Shown in pieces: positions 11,715 through 21,244 of a stretch of 64,000 nt of DNA. The notes below the pieces were generated by a model that was given only the letters and a program-made list of their open reading frames with translations, was not told the DNA's origin and made no database searches. Source of the DNA: an uncultured delta proteobacterium (GTDB lineage Bacteria; Desulfobacterota; Binatia; Bin18); the NCBI GenBank assembly GCA_963733195.1, contig CAVTCR010000010.1, positions 16,283 through 80,282 of the forward strand, given 5' to 3'. Within the stretch, counting starts at the first letter, position 1. The number at the start of each line of letters is the position of its first letter. The position numbers and the translations under genes are program-made.

Positions 11715-11868
11715 CCAGAGCACCCTAATGAGTTTTGACAAGCAAGTTCGGTAAAATTCAGACCTGTGGCTCGAAGGTTCCCTCTCCCGCCGGGAGAGGG
11801 ACAGGGTGAGGGAGAGTAAACGGCGGGGTTGCCGATTTTGATCGTCAATTTTCATTAGAGTGCTCTGG
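11715..11868. mobile_element. MITE-like element (154 bp) with internal hairpin
   Basis: Terminal IRs CCAGAGCACCCTAATGAGTTTTGAC vs rc CCAGAGCACTCTAATGAAAATTGAC; internal CCCTCTCCCGCCGGGAGAGGG palindrome. Confidence 0.7.
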
Positions 11869-11967
11869 CCTTCCTTACCGCCGGGAACGATTTGCCTCCA
11901 TTCTCCCCTTTGCGGGAGATAGGAGAACTAAGCCTGGAAACACTGAACGCTGTAGACAATCTCACAA

Positions 11968-12274
11968 ACAGAGGAGAAAAACCATGAAAGTAGTGAATAT
12001 GTTGAGATCCGCTGGAGCTCTTGGTTGTACACGGTGGTGGAACCACAACAGAGCCGATGATGTCTTGAGGGGATTACCGCGCTGGTGGAGAAAAAAGAGC
12101 ATTGCCGGCACGGCACGGTGTGCAACGCTGGTTGGTTTGAGTGTGTTGGTGGCCACGTTGTGTCTGCAGCCATCACTGGCAGTCGCCGTCAAGGACGTGC
12201 CGTATGGCGAGGACGGTTCACCCCCCGACAATGAAGCTCAGGCCGACGCGGACGCGTTCAACGACGCAATCTTA
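11968..12274 (+). repeat. RBS + 97-codon leader cassette, copy A
   Basis: Manual alignment to 21245..21551: 307 bp, 19 mismatches, no gaps. Confidence 0.95.
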
Positions 12275-13441
12275 GAAGGGGACGTGGAAGACCTGGGGGT
12301 GTGGTACCAGGTGAAGTTCTGCGGCTGGTATCGACTGTCCTTTGCCGACGATATGGCCAGCTTACCGGCGGGATCGGCGTCCTACGACTACTGGACAACT
12401 AACGACGATCAGCGGGCTCTCGGGGCCAAGATCAAGGTGATACGCAACTCCGATAGGGCGGTGGTGCACGAAGCATTCACGCCTTGGACCGGGGTCGACA
12501 TCGGATGTACACCCTCGCTCACTCTGAACTCGGCGGAATCCTACGAGGTGCGTATTTATTCGACCGCCAACGTGAATAGCAATACGATCACCGTGAAGAA
12601 CGACGACGTAGACCAAGACGTATACTATTCGGTTGCCCGGTCCGCCTTTACGCCCACCGCATCGAACACGATTAACGTATATACCGGGACCCATGCGGCG
12701 TGGAATATTGCCGGCGCTGCAGGCTGGGCAATGTCACGCCGTAACGGCGGGCTCAATGGCGAAACGTTCGTGGTGTACGATCAGGCCTGCCCTGGTGGCA
12801 CAAGCAATTGTTTGAGTGGCGGCAATAACTATATCGTCACCGATACCAGCAAATTTGTCATCGTGCACGAACTGGGACACGCGCTGGTGAAAAAGGCCAA
12901 TGCTGGCAGCGGAGCTAATGTTAGCACTGCCCTGGTAAATGCGACCTGTCCAAATGTGGGTGGCACGCATGATTTCAATTCGCTCGAGTGGCAAAGCGGT
13001 GCCGCTAACGAAGGCTTCGCCAGCTACTATGCGGCGGTGGCGTGGAATCAAACCCAGGAGCCGAATTGTACCTATGTGCTACACCGCTGGAACGACTGGA
13101 ATCTCGATGGAGTTAACAGCGATACCAGGGTGTTCTCCTGCGAAGGCGCAGCTCCTGGCGAGAGCGATGCCGAGGACTACGCTGGCCAGTTCTGTGGGGC
13201 GGCTTCCAACCAGGGCACCCAACTCGACTGGATGCGGTTTTTCTGGGATCTCGACAACAAAGAAGGGCTAAACACCACGGACATTGTCGATATGTGGGTT
13301 GACTCGTCACCGGATACGTGGACCGCGACCGGCGTCGGTTCGGGTGCCGGGTTTCCGAGCTTTGAACTCGAGGCCGCCGCTGACCGACTCGGTTTTGGCA
13401 CAGCTTGGAACAATCAGGAATCCAACGGCTCACTTCGCTGA
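11984..13441 (+). CDS. Secreted zinc metalloprotease-like protein with long shared leader
   Basis: GAGGAG RBS; hydrophobic h-region ending SLA-VA; HELGH...NEGFASY gluzincin-like motifs; FFWDL. Confidence 0.75.
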   Translation: MKVVNMLRSAGALGCTRWWNHNRADDVLRGLPRWWRKKSIAGTARCATLVGLSVLVATLCLQPSLAVAVKDVPYGEDGSPPDNEAQADADAFNDAILEGDVEDLGVWYQVKFCGWYRLSFADDMASLPAGSASYDYWTTNDDQRALGAKIKVIRNSDRAVVHEAFTPWTGVDIGCTPSLTLNSAESYEVRIYSTANVNSNTITVKNDDVDQDVYYSVARSAFTPTASNTINVYTGTHAAWNIAGAAGWAMSRRNGGLNGETFVVYDQACPGGTSNCLSGGNNYIVTDTSKFVIVHELGHALVKKANAGSGANVSTALVNATCPNVGGTHDFNSLEWQSGAANEGFASYYAAVAWNQTQEPNCTYVLHRWNDWNLDGVNSDTRVFSCEGAAPGESDAEDYAGQFCGAASNQGTQLDWMRFFWDLDNKEGLNTTDIVDMWVDSSPDTWTATGVGSGAGFPSFELEAAADRLGFGTAWNNQESNGSLR

Positions 13442-13453
13442 AACCCGGCCAAA

Positions 13454-13488
13454 GAGGAGGAGGGTGGGTCGCATCTCACCCTCTCCTC
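13454..13488 (+). terminator. Hairpin after protease gene (possible terminator)
   Basis: GAGGAGGAGGGTGGG...CTCACCCTCTCCTC inverted repeat 13 bp after the stop; no clear U-tract. Confidence 0.4.
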
Positions 13489-13586
13489 GACTGAAGCGGG
13501 AAAAACGTCGCATCGTCAGGCTACGAAGGTCAGGAGACAGTAAGCGACGAAAACAGCATTGTTTCGTCGCTCAATCGCTGCGCAAA

Positions 13587-13642
13587 TCCCACAACTTTCC
13601 CACAACTCTCCCACAACTTTCTCTCCCTTTCACACGTCTTCT
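13587..13642 (+). promoter_or_regulatory. Conserved promoter-like module copy 2
   Basis: TCCCACAACTT/TCCCACAACTC/TCCCACAACTT at 13587-13619; CGTCTTCT at 13635; ATG at 13704. Confidence 0.75.
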
Positions 13643-13703
13643 CCCTACGCGACCTCAGACCTGCAGGAAAAGTAGCAAATTCAGGAATTCTCAGGAGGTT
13701 TTT

Positions 13704-15380
13704 ATGCATTTATCACTTTGGACCATTCTTCGCTTCGCCCGGAAACTTTCTTTCGCTCTGCCTCTTATCGGGCTCAGTATTCCTGCGAACCCAACATTGG
13801 CACAGACGAACAACTGTAGTGCTCCCTATTGGCAGGACACATTGCGATGTGCTGTGTTTCCTAACGATCCACCGCAAGCAAATTTCAACACGCGTCCTCT
13901 GAATGCTTCAGAGGTAAAAGACTTCTCACGGGTCTTTCTCAATAACAATCCCGCCGTTCGTTGTGCAGACGGCACTCGCCCCCTTATGTACGTCGACAAG
14001 GCTGTCGGTGCGCCCTCGAACAAGTGGATTTTCTCTATGACCGGCGGCGGCTCCTGTAATGCTCACGACAGCAACGGAGACGGTGTCTTCGACGATGCTC
14101 AGGAATGTCTCGATACGTATAGCGATCCACAAGAGCACGGTGAGATGGGAACTGCGTCCCAACCGCCGATGAGAAACCTCGAAGGGATCAATCGTCCTGA
14201 TACACTGCGAAATCCGGTTTTCGCCGGCTATAACCGCGTGCGCGTGCAGAAGTGCAGCTACGATCGCTACAACGGTCGCGCCGCGTACGAAGCCGCAGGT
14301 GGCTACTTCCATGAGACAGCTCCGACTGGCGTGGTTATTGATTTCAACCTGTACCAGCACGGCTACCTGATTATGGAAGAAGCGTTAGCGGCCCTGCAGA
14401 GCGGTCTGACTTACACTACGTGGACCGTCAGTGGCGCCGGGGGCCCAAGGCGTGTTATCGAAGAGCAGGAATCCCTCCCACCGCTTGCCGACGCCGAGAT
14501 CGTTCTCTTCATTGGCCACTCTGGGGGCGCGCACGGGCTCTTTCATAATATCGACTACCTCGCAACATCACTTGCAGCTATACCCGGATTCGCAGGCGAT
14601 GTGCGAGCACTGTTCGACGCAAACTTTCTTGAGTCGATCGAGAATGAAGCGGCATTTGCTACTGATGCCTTCGGGACCCCATTGGATGGCGATGCCTACA
14701 GCAACATTTGGACAGGATACACAATCGGTGATGGGATTCCCTTTGCGTACGATGGAGCAACGCGCTATGCCACTAGCGATATCGTCGAACAGTACAACAG
14801 TTGGGCCGCAGTGTTCGACTCTTCGTGTCTCGCCGCCCATACTGCCACTGGCGACGACTGGAAATGTCGAGATCGCTATCATGTACTCTTCAATCATATC
14901 GCTACCCCCTTCTTCTTCCGCGAGGACTTTACCGACCCCAATCAGGAGCATATCAATCACGGCAATGGACACTTCGTCGCATGGGGGACGTGGGATGCAT
15001 ATTCCCATTGCCCCGCAGGCTTCAACCCTTGCCCGCCACTCTTTACGGTTGATGAACACCGTACCCGACTGACACAACAGTTTGAGACACTTCTCGAAGG
15101 ATCGTCCTCCCGCTCAGAACTTGCAACCGGTGTAGACCCTAGCCTTGGCGTCGGTAACTTTCCGACCTTCTACGCATGGATGCCCAATTGCGGCGTTCAC
15201 GAAGGCGCCTACGACGACGCGTCTTTCTATAATACCGCGGTGTCGTACAAAACCTTTACCCACTCGATGCGACAGTGGCTTGAAGGCTTCATGTGGGTTG
15301 GGCGTACGAACTTACGCGGCTCGCGTGTCGACGGCCGGGCTGACAGTAGCGGCAATGTGATGACCAGTACGTGCCCATGA
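13704..15380 (+). CDS. Secreted pectinacetylesterase/Notum-like alpha/beta hydrolase
   Basis: AGGAGG RBS before ATG 13704; signal peptide ending TLA-Q; CADGT, GGGSC, nucleophile elbow GHSGG, C-terminal CGVH. Confidence 0.75.
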   Translation: MHLSLWTILRFARKLSFALPLIGLSIPANPTLAQTNNCSAPYWQDTLRCAVFPNDPPQANFNTRPLNASEVKDFSRVFLNNNPAVRCADGTRPLMYVDKAVGAPSNKWIFSMTGGGSCNAHDSNGDGVFDDAQECLDTYSDPQEHGEMGTASQPPMRNLEGINRPDTLRNPVFAGYNRVRVQKCSYDRYNGRAAYEAAGGYFHETAPTGVVIDFNLYQHGYLIMEEALAALQSGLTYTTWTVSGAGGPRRVIEEQESLPPLADAEIVLFIGHSGGAHGLFHNIDYLATSLAAIPGFAGDVRALFDANFLESIENEAAFATDAFGTPLDGDAYSNIWTGYTIGDGIPFAYDGATRYATSDIVEQYNSWAAVFDSSCLAAHTATGDDWKCRDRYHVLFNHIATPFFFREDFTDPNQEHINHGNGHFVAWGTWDAYSHCPAGFNPCPPLFTVDEHRTRLTQQFETLLEGSSSRSELATGVDPSLGVGNFPTFYAWMPNCGVHEGAYDDASFYNTAVSYKTFTHSMRQWLEGFMWVGRTNLRGSRVDGRADSSGNVMTSTCP

Positions 15381-15411
15381 CGCACCTCGCTGCACAGACT
15401 GTGAGCGTAGG

Positions 15412-16590
15412 GTGCGTCGACATCGGAATCCGGATTTTCGGCATCGGGTGCCGGGGCCGTTGCCAGCCGTGGCGGAGATTGAAGCGGAACTGACGGCGTT
15501 ACTCACCCCCGCGTTGTTCGCGCCGCGCCAGCTGGAACGGCGCGACCCGCGCAATCCCGCTCGGCGGATTCGGCTGCGCGCGCGGATTTTGACGTTACCG
15601 GTGATGGTGGCCCTGGTGGTGAGTTTGGTCTGGCGGCGCTTGGGCGCCATTGCCGAGGTGCAGCGCGTGGTAGTGCAAGACGGCTTGCTGTGGGTATCGC
15701 CGTTGCAGGTCAGCGAACAAGCGATCGCCAAACGGCTCGATACGTTGCCCGCCAGTGCGCTTGGCAGCGGTGTTTACGGAGGTGAGTGCGCGCTTGCAGG
15801 CCCAACCCCCACCGCAGCATCCCTGGCCTGGAGCGCTGGACGGAAGTGCGGGCGCAGTTTCCGCGCATTGCCATGGTCGATGGTTCGACGCTCGAAGCGC
15901 TGCGCAAAAAGACTCAGCCCCTGCAAGCTCAGCCGGGCCTCGTGCTCGCGGGCCGGATGATGGTGATGGTCGAAGCCTTTACCCATCGGCCGCTGTGGCA
16001 ACTCTATCACCGAAGATGCGGCGGCCAATGATAAACGCTTTGCCACGGAAATTCTCGCGGCCGTGCCCGACGGCGGGTTGTTGGTCTTTGACTTGGGCTT
16101 CTTTAGCTTCTTATGGTTTGACGATTTTACCGACCAGCAGAAATACTTCGTGACCCGCTTGCGCCAGAAGACCGCCTATCGCACGACCCAGTGTTCTCAG
16201 TACCAGCCCGTACTATCGCGATGAACTCATTGAGGTGGGGCTGCATCATTCCCATCCCTGCCGTCACCCCTTACGCTTGGTCTCAGTCTTATGGCGCGGG
16301 CAGTGGTATCGCTACCTCACCAACGTTCTCGATCCGACGCAGCTCTCCGCGCGCCACATTTGTGAGTTGTATCGGCGGCGCTGGCGTATTGAAGATGCCT
16401 TCTTGGTCACCAAACGCGTGCTCGATCTCGCCTACCTGTGGAAAGCCTCGGCCAATGGCGTCCAACTCCAACTCTATGCCACTTTCCTCTTCTACCTCGT
16501 GCTTCTCAATGTCTGTCAGCAGGTCGCTCAGAGCCTCAACGAACCGTTGGAACGCATCTCAGTGGAGATGGTCTTTCGCGCTTTCTACCA
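15412..16590 (+). mobile_element. IS4-family transposase, frameshifted and 3'-truncated
   Basis: Pieces in several frames: RILTLPVMVALVVSLVWR, VDGSTLEAL, VFDLGFFSF, YLTNVLDP..LYRRRWRIEDAF..KR; similarity stops after ISVEMVFRAFY; IRs not found. Confidence 0.8.
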
Positions 16591-16672
16591 GGTCGCGACC
16601 CCACCCTACATGATTCGTCACTACATAATCCTTGTTTCTACGCGGGGACACCACACTCAGAAAGGAATAGTT

Positions 16673-18493
16673 ATGCAACCGATAATCGCTCTCATACGCA
16701 CTTGGTTAAAGACTTCAATTTGTTTGCTTACGCTATTGTTGATTCAAAGTCAGGCTGGCATGGCGGTGGCAACTCTTGATGGGGCCCAATGTGGGGAAGA
16801 CGGCCTTTGCAGGATGAACGGGTGCCCAGACCCAGACCCCGATTGCCCGAACGACGATCTCCCAAACAATGGCTCAGGTGGTGGCGGTGGCGGTAATTCA
16901 GCGCATTTCACGATCGAAGGGAAAGTGGAATTCTTCGCCGCCTATCACAGCGGTCAACGTGTCGGACAGGTTCCGAACGGGCAATCGCCGTTGCCTTACC
17001 TCCATGTCTGCGCGTGGGATAAGGATGATGCTGTCGATTTCGAATTCACCGATTACCCCACCGCGCCCGGGAGCGGAGGAAACGACGAATTCCTCGGTTG
17101 TGACAGGGCTGACGTCAACGGGAACTTCCACATCAACGCCTCGTTTGCAACAGGCGGAGAGAGTGAGCCTGACATCTATCTGGTCACTCTTCTTTGCGAC
17201 GACACCGGAGAAGGGGCTGCCTCGGCAGCGGACGTATGCGTGCGGATCAATGCAGAAGAAGCAGACGCCGACTACCCAAGAAACGCGAAGTCGATCTGGT
17301 CGCGCGTGTACGCGGACATCAACCCCAACGGGACCACGGTGACTATCTCGTGGAATCTATCGTGTCCGAATCGGAGTGGGTTGAATTCCGCATCCGTGAC
17401 GTGTGCCGGAGACACAGAGCCTGACAACTGGGCCGAGTCCTCTCCCGGAGCCGCTGACTGGTGCGCGTGCCAGGACGAGCCGTGGAAAGAATGCCTGACC
17501 ACAATCCCGTCCTGTTCGACCTGCGGAGACACGAACTCCCGATACGGCTGCAACAAAGAGGCGGTTCATGTGTATCGTGCCGCGATCGAACCCTACGTGA
17601 CATGGGGCACCAACAAGCCAGCCGCCGACAGCACCTTCTCAAAAGACTGTGACACTGCCGACATCTGGGATGACGGGGGAGACGATCACTGCGAGATGGA
17701 TGAGTGCCAGGACGAAGCCCGATTTCACCTGTCGAATATTCAAGCAATAGCAGGAATGGGATACGAACAAGAGGGATCCGATGGGACAGGTGTTTGCGAG
17801 CCGGACCCCGCAGACCCCCAGAATGGGGCAGGTGACTTTGATCGGATCTGCATTCAAACGCCAGATCAACCGTTCAGAGTCGTCCACGAATACGGACACG
17901 TCATCCAAAACCGGTGGCTGTGTGACCCCAGGGACGCCAGGAAGCGTGTCAACGGAAGTTCCGCCCAGAACCATGCGACTCGAGAGGGGTGGGCGAACTA
18001 TGTCGCGTCGAAGGCCTGGTCAGTGGATCGGTATTGTCAAGAAGGCAGCGGCGGCAACGATTGCTACTCCATGGAAGCAGGTGGAACGAACAACGGGGAC
18101 GAAGTGAGTGTCGGCCAGTTCTTCTGGGACCTCGGTGACCCCGTTGATGATGCTGGCTGGACCGAAACAGAGGACCGGACATTTCAAGAGATCCGCAATG
18201 TCTGGAGTGCTTTTCCAAACGGGTCGGGTCCGTCACAGACACGCGAGTGCGATCCAGGGCCCCCGCCGGGTATCGATTGCTCAGGCAGCGCTGGTCACCA
18301 GGCGAATGGGGTGAACATGTTGGACTACTCCTACTGGTTTAAGGTGAAGATGACGGGGAGACGGCGGTTGACGACTTCATATTGCGACACGCTGAGACAG
18401 AACGACCTGACTATTCACAGTGACTCGCTCGCAAGTGGCGATTTGGATGACATCTGTCGTTCTCTGAGTTGGACGGCTATCCCCGTACCGTAG
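16673..18493 (+). CDS. Secreted Cys/Asp-rich zinc metalloprotease-like protein
   Basis: AAAGGA RBS before ATG 16673; signal peptide; CPDPDPDC; HEYGH...REGWANY; FFWDL. Confidence 0.7.
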   Translation: MQPIIALIRTWLKTSICLLTLLLIQSQAGMAVATLDGAQCGEDGLCRMNGCPDPDPDCPNDDLPNNGSGGGGGGNSAHFTIEGKVEFFAAYHSGQRVGQVPNGQSPLPYLHVCAWDKDDAVDFEFTDYPTAPGSGGNDEFLGCDRADVNGNFHINASFATGGESEPDIYLVTLLCDDTGEGAASAADVCVRINAEEADADYPRNAKSIWSRVYADINPNGTTVTISWNLSCPNRSGLNSASVTCAGDTEPDNWAESSPGAADWCACQDEPWKECLTTIPSCSTCGDTNSRYGCNKEAVHVYRAAIEPYVTWGTNKPAADSTFSKDCDTADIWDDGGDDHCEMDECQDEARFHLSNIQAIAGMGYEQEGSDGTGVCEPDPADPQNGAGDFDRICIQTPDQPFRVVHEYGHVIQNRWLCDPRDARKRVNGSSAQNHATREGWANYVASKAWSVDRYCQEGSGGNDCYSMEAGGTNNGDEVSVGQFFWDLGDPVDDAGWTETEDRTFQEIRNVWSAFPNGSGPSQTRECDPGPPPGIDCSGSAGHQANGVNMLDYSYWFKVKMTGRRRLTTSYCDTLRQNDLTIHSDSLASGDLDDICRSLSWTAIPVP

Positions 18494-18603
18494 ATCACGG
18501 TGGCTCGCTCCCAAGTGACGATTTGGACGACTCTGTCCTTAAGGGATGTGGAAAACAGAGTAGCCCCGAATAATAAGGCCAATTAGCTTAGAGAGGAGAT
18601 CAA

Positions 18604-20342
18604 GTGATGAATACTCGCAATAATGCAATATTCGCCTTGCCGTTGTCTCCAGTCGTAGCGTTAATCGGCTGCATCGAAGAGCGATGGCGGCGACTGGGCC
18701 ATCTCATGAACTCACGAAAGGTCGACCTATGCGCGCTTGCCACGGCGCTGATTGCCACGCTTGTTGCGCACACCGCCGGAGCGCAGCCGGCGACCTACCA
18801 CGACGTCGCGGCGATGGATGCCGCTATCGTCCGGTTGGACGGCGCCGCTGGTGGCCGGATGCAAGTCCACGACATCGGAACGACCGCGAACGGCCGGCCC
18901 GTACGCGCGGTTCACATCTCTGCCACTCCCAACCTTTACGGCACCGGGGCCGAGGCCAGCATGGCCGACAAGCCCGCACTGCTGATCGAGTGCGGTATGC
19001 ACGCACGGGAGTGGGCTGGTCCCGAGCTGTGCCTGAAGTACCTTCAGACTTTTCCGCTCGCCCTCCTGCTCGATCCGATCCGCATTAACGACATTCTCGC
19101 GAACGCAGACATCTGGGTGATCCCGATGGTCAACCCCGATGGGCGCGCACGCGACGACACCGCCGGTGGCGACCGAAGAAGTACACCACGAACAACGACT
19201 CGTTTATGTGGCACGGTGGCGACGCGGCAGGCTGGCGCCCCAACGCGCAGGTTGTGTCGTGCGCACGAGTCCCTTCGGCGGGTACAGCGTCGGGATCGAC
19301 ATCGCCCGGAGCTTCTCCACGGGTTGGAGCATCGCCAATCCTAACGATCCTGATATCAGAGAAGATAATTGTGAGAGCGACCATTTCCACGGCTACGCGC
19401 CCTTCCAGGCGCTTGAGGCGCAGATCCTGCGGCGCTTCGTCGACAACCGGATGATCTCGATGTCGCTCTCGGTCCACTCCAACGGCCAGTCGATGGGTAT
19501 CCGTACCGCATCGCTCAACGCGATCCGCGACAACGTGATCAACCTGTGGAACGCCAAGGTCCCCTCGCTCCCGCTCACGACGGGCGCAACCGGGTCGCAG
19601 GCTAGTGGGCCAGTTTCCCGCGTGGATGGCCGACACGTCCGAGCACACCCAATGAGCCCGACATTGGCACGCGCCGTGGCGCGTCGCACTGCTGATGGAG
19701 CTGCCACCGAAGGAAGAAGAGGATGAGAACGTTGACAACTACGCCCCGCCGTATCAGTACGACTCAAACGACAGCTCGAACGGGTTTCACCCAAGCGCGC
19801 AGGTTTTCCTCGACGAAAGCTGGCAAGGCTTCATCGCCAGCGTACAACATCTCGCCGAGCAGACCGCCGCCCCTGGTGCCCACTCACGCCCGACACCCTG
19901 ACGCCGTCGGCGACATGCAGCCGCGACGTCGGCATTACCGGCGCGAAGATCGCGGTGTGTAACGACTGCGTCGGCACTCTCGCCGAGTCGCCGTTCGGCT
20001 ACTACGGCTCTCGCCAGACCAACACCGCCGGCTCCCGCCGCATCGTCTACCGCATCCAGAAAGCTTCGACAGCACTACGGCAGCGACGGTACAAGTGGCG
20101 GTCAGCATATCCTCGAAGCCGACCGGGTCTTAGTACTTCGGGGCGTACCCACGGATCTCGTTAACACGACGAGCTTCCCGGTGGCGCCGCTGGCTTCGGG
20201 GGCGGCGGCGACGGGCAGCGTACCGTTCACGTTCGTCGCCGGCCGCGATTACATCGTGAACATCAACGCGACGGCGACGTCGTACACCGACGAGACGAAC
20301 ACGCAGAATAACTACCGCCAGTTCCGCTTCATCGTTCCGTAG
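18604..20342 (+). pseudogene. M14 zinc carboxypeptidase with C-terminal beta domain, several frameshifts (possibly sequencing indels)
   Basis: HAREW Zn motif, IPMVNPDG, GIDIARSF, SVHS, MELPP spread over frames; final frame ends YRQFRFIVP* at 20342. Confidence 0.72.
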
Positions 20343-20375
20343 GGGTAGTGCCGCAGGCGGGCGTACGCCGGTCGA

Positions 20376-20472
20376 GACTTCCGTGCGCGTGGGGCGGCTG
20401 AATCTCCGCGGCTGGCGCGTCGACGGGTGGAGCGACGACGGTGGAAATGTGATGACGAGTACGTGTCCATAG
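20376..20472 (+). pseudogene. Orphan 3' end of a paralog of the 13704..15380 esterase
   Basis: Encodes VGRLNLRGWRVDGWSDDGGNVMTSTCP* vs VGRTNLRGSRVDGRADSSGNVMTSTCP*. Confidence 0.85.
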
Positions 20473-20543
20473 CGCATCGAGAAAACTTCTTGTGACCTAC
20501 ATCAACAATTTCTAGGTATGAGTTCGAGAAAGGACATGCGACA

Positions 20544-20941
20544 ATGAAACTACGACTCTTCTTCTTATTGGCTACCCTCTTCGCTTTCCTAACAGCGCCA
20601 GTGCAAGCGCAGCATCCTGAAGAAATACGCAGGGTCGCTGACACGGAATGGGAAGCCGCTCGTCAGGAAAACGATCCCATCGAATTTGTCCTTCCCGTTC
20701 ACTGCCCCACTCGGCTCCAATAAAGGGAGTCGTTGAAAGGGACATGTCATTCTTCACCTCACCGCTCCACTCGGTTCCACGAAAGGGAGCATCACAGGCG
20801 CTGCGGTGCTTCAGTTCACTCCTCCCATCGGTTCCGACAAGGGAACCGCTTACTGGGCTCATCGAAGGCGTCGCTGAGTGCGGCGATACTGGGAGTCTGC
20901 CGGGCAGAGATGGTTCTTTCCGCCACACGCTATCAGCATAA
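20544..20941 (+). pseudogene. Small secreted protein with three ~19-aa TAPLGSxKG repeats, frameshifted
   Basis: AAAGGA RBS; signal peptide MKLRLFFLLATLFAFLTAPVQA; repeats TAPLGSNKGS, TAPLGSTKGS, TPPIGSDKGT. Confidence 0.55.
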
Positions 20942-21136
20942 CCAAACTGATCTGGAATTCTTAGCTGATCAGGGGAGTTTGATATCACCACGCGTGAGTG
21001 GTTCAGCCTGAGTTTCATCTTGCCATATCTTGAGCAGGACAATTGAACGGTTAACAAAAATTTCCGTTCCAATTATTGCTGGCATGACGCGGGGCGACCA
21101 ACTGGTCGCCCCGTTGCTTTTTGTGCCCTGCCGAAA

Positions 21137-21193
21137 TCCCACAACTTTCCCACAACTCTCCCACAACTTCCTGGGTGTTTTCGAGCGTCTTCT
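21137..21193 (+). promoter_or_regulatory. Conserved promoter-like module copy 3
   Basis: TCCCACAACTT/TCCCACAACTC/TCCCACAACTT at 21137-21169; CGTCTTCT at 21186; ATG at 21261. Confidence 0.75.
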
Positions 21194-21244
21194 GCTTCTC
21201 AAGACATCACCCCTGCAGGAAGTGTCAAATTCAATACAACCGTT

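Noticed and set aside
11984-12200. Shared leader as a Tat signal (tatBC is nearby)
   Set aside because: No S/T-R-R-x-F-L-K motif; tatBC sits in the core block
13284-13703. N-terminal extensions of ORFs 10910, 13284 and 21030 sharing SHNFP/QLSHNF peptides
   Set aside because: They are translations of the non-coding repeat motif; RBS-supported starts are at 11240, 13704 and 21261
16235-18493. 752-aa transposase-protease fusion ORF
   Set aside because: Chance in-frame join of the truncated IS4 3' end; the protease has its own RBS and signal peptide at 16673
11037-21169. Triple repeats as a CRISPR array
   Set aside because: Units are 11 bp, contiguous, with no spacers and no cas genes
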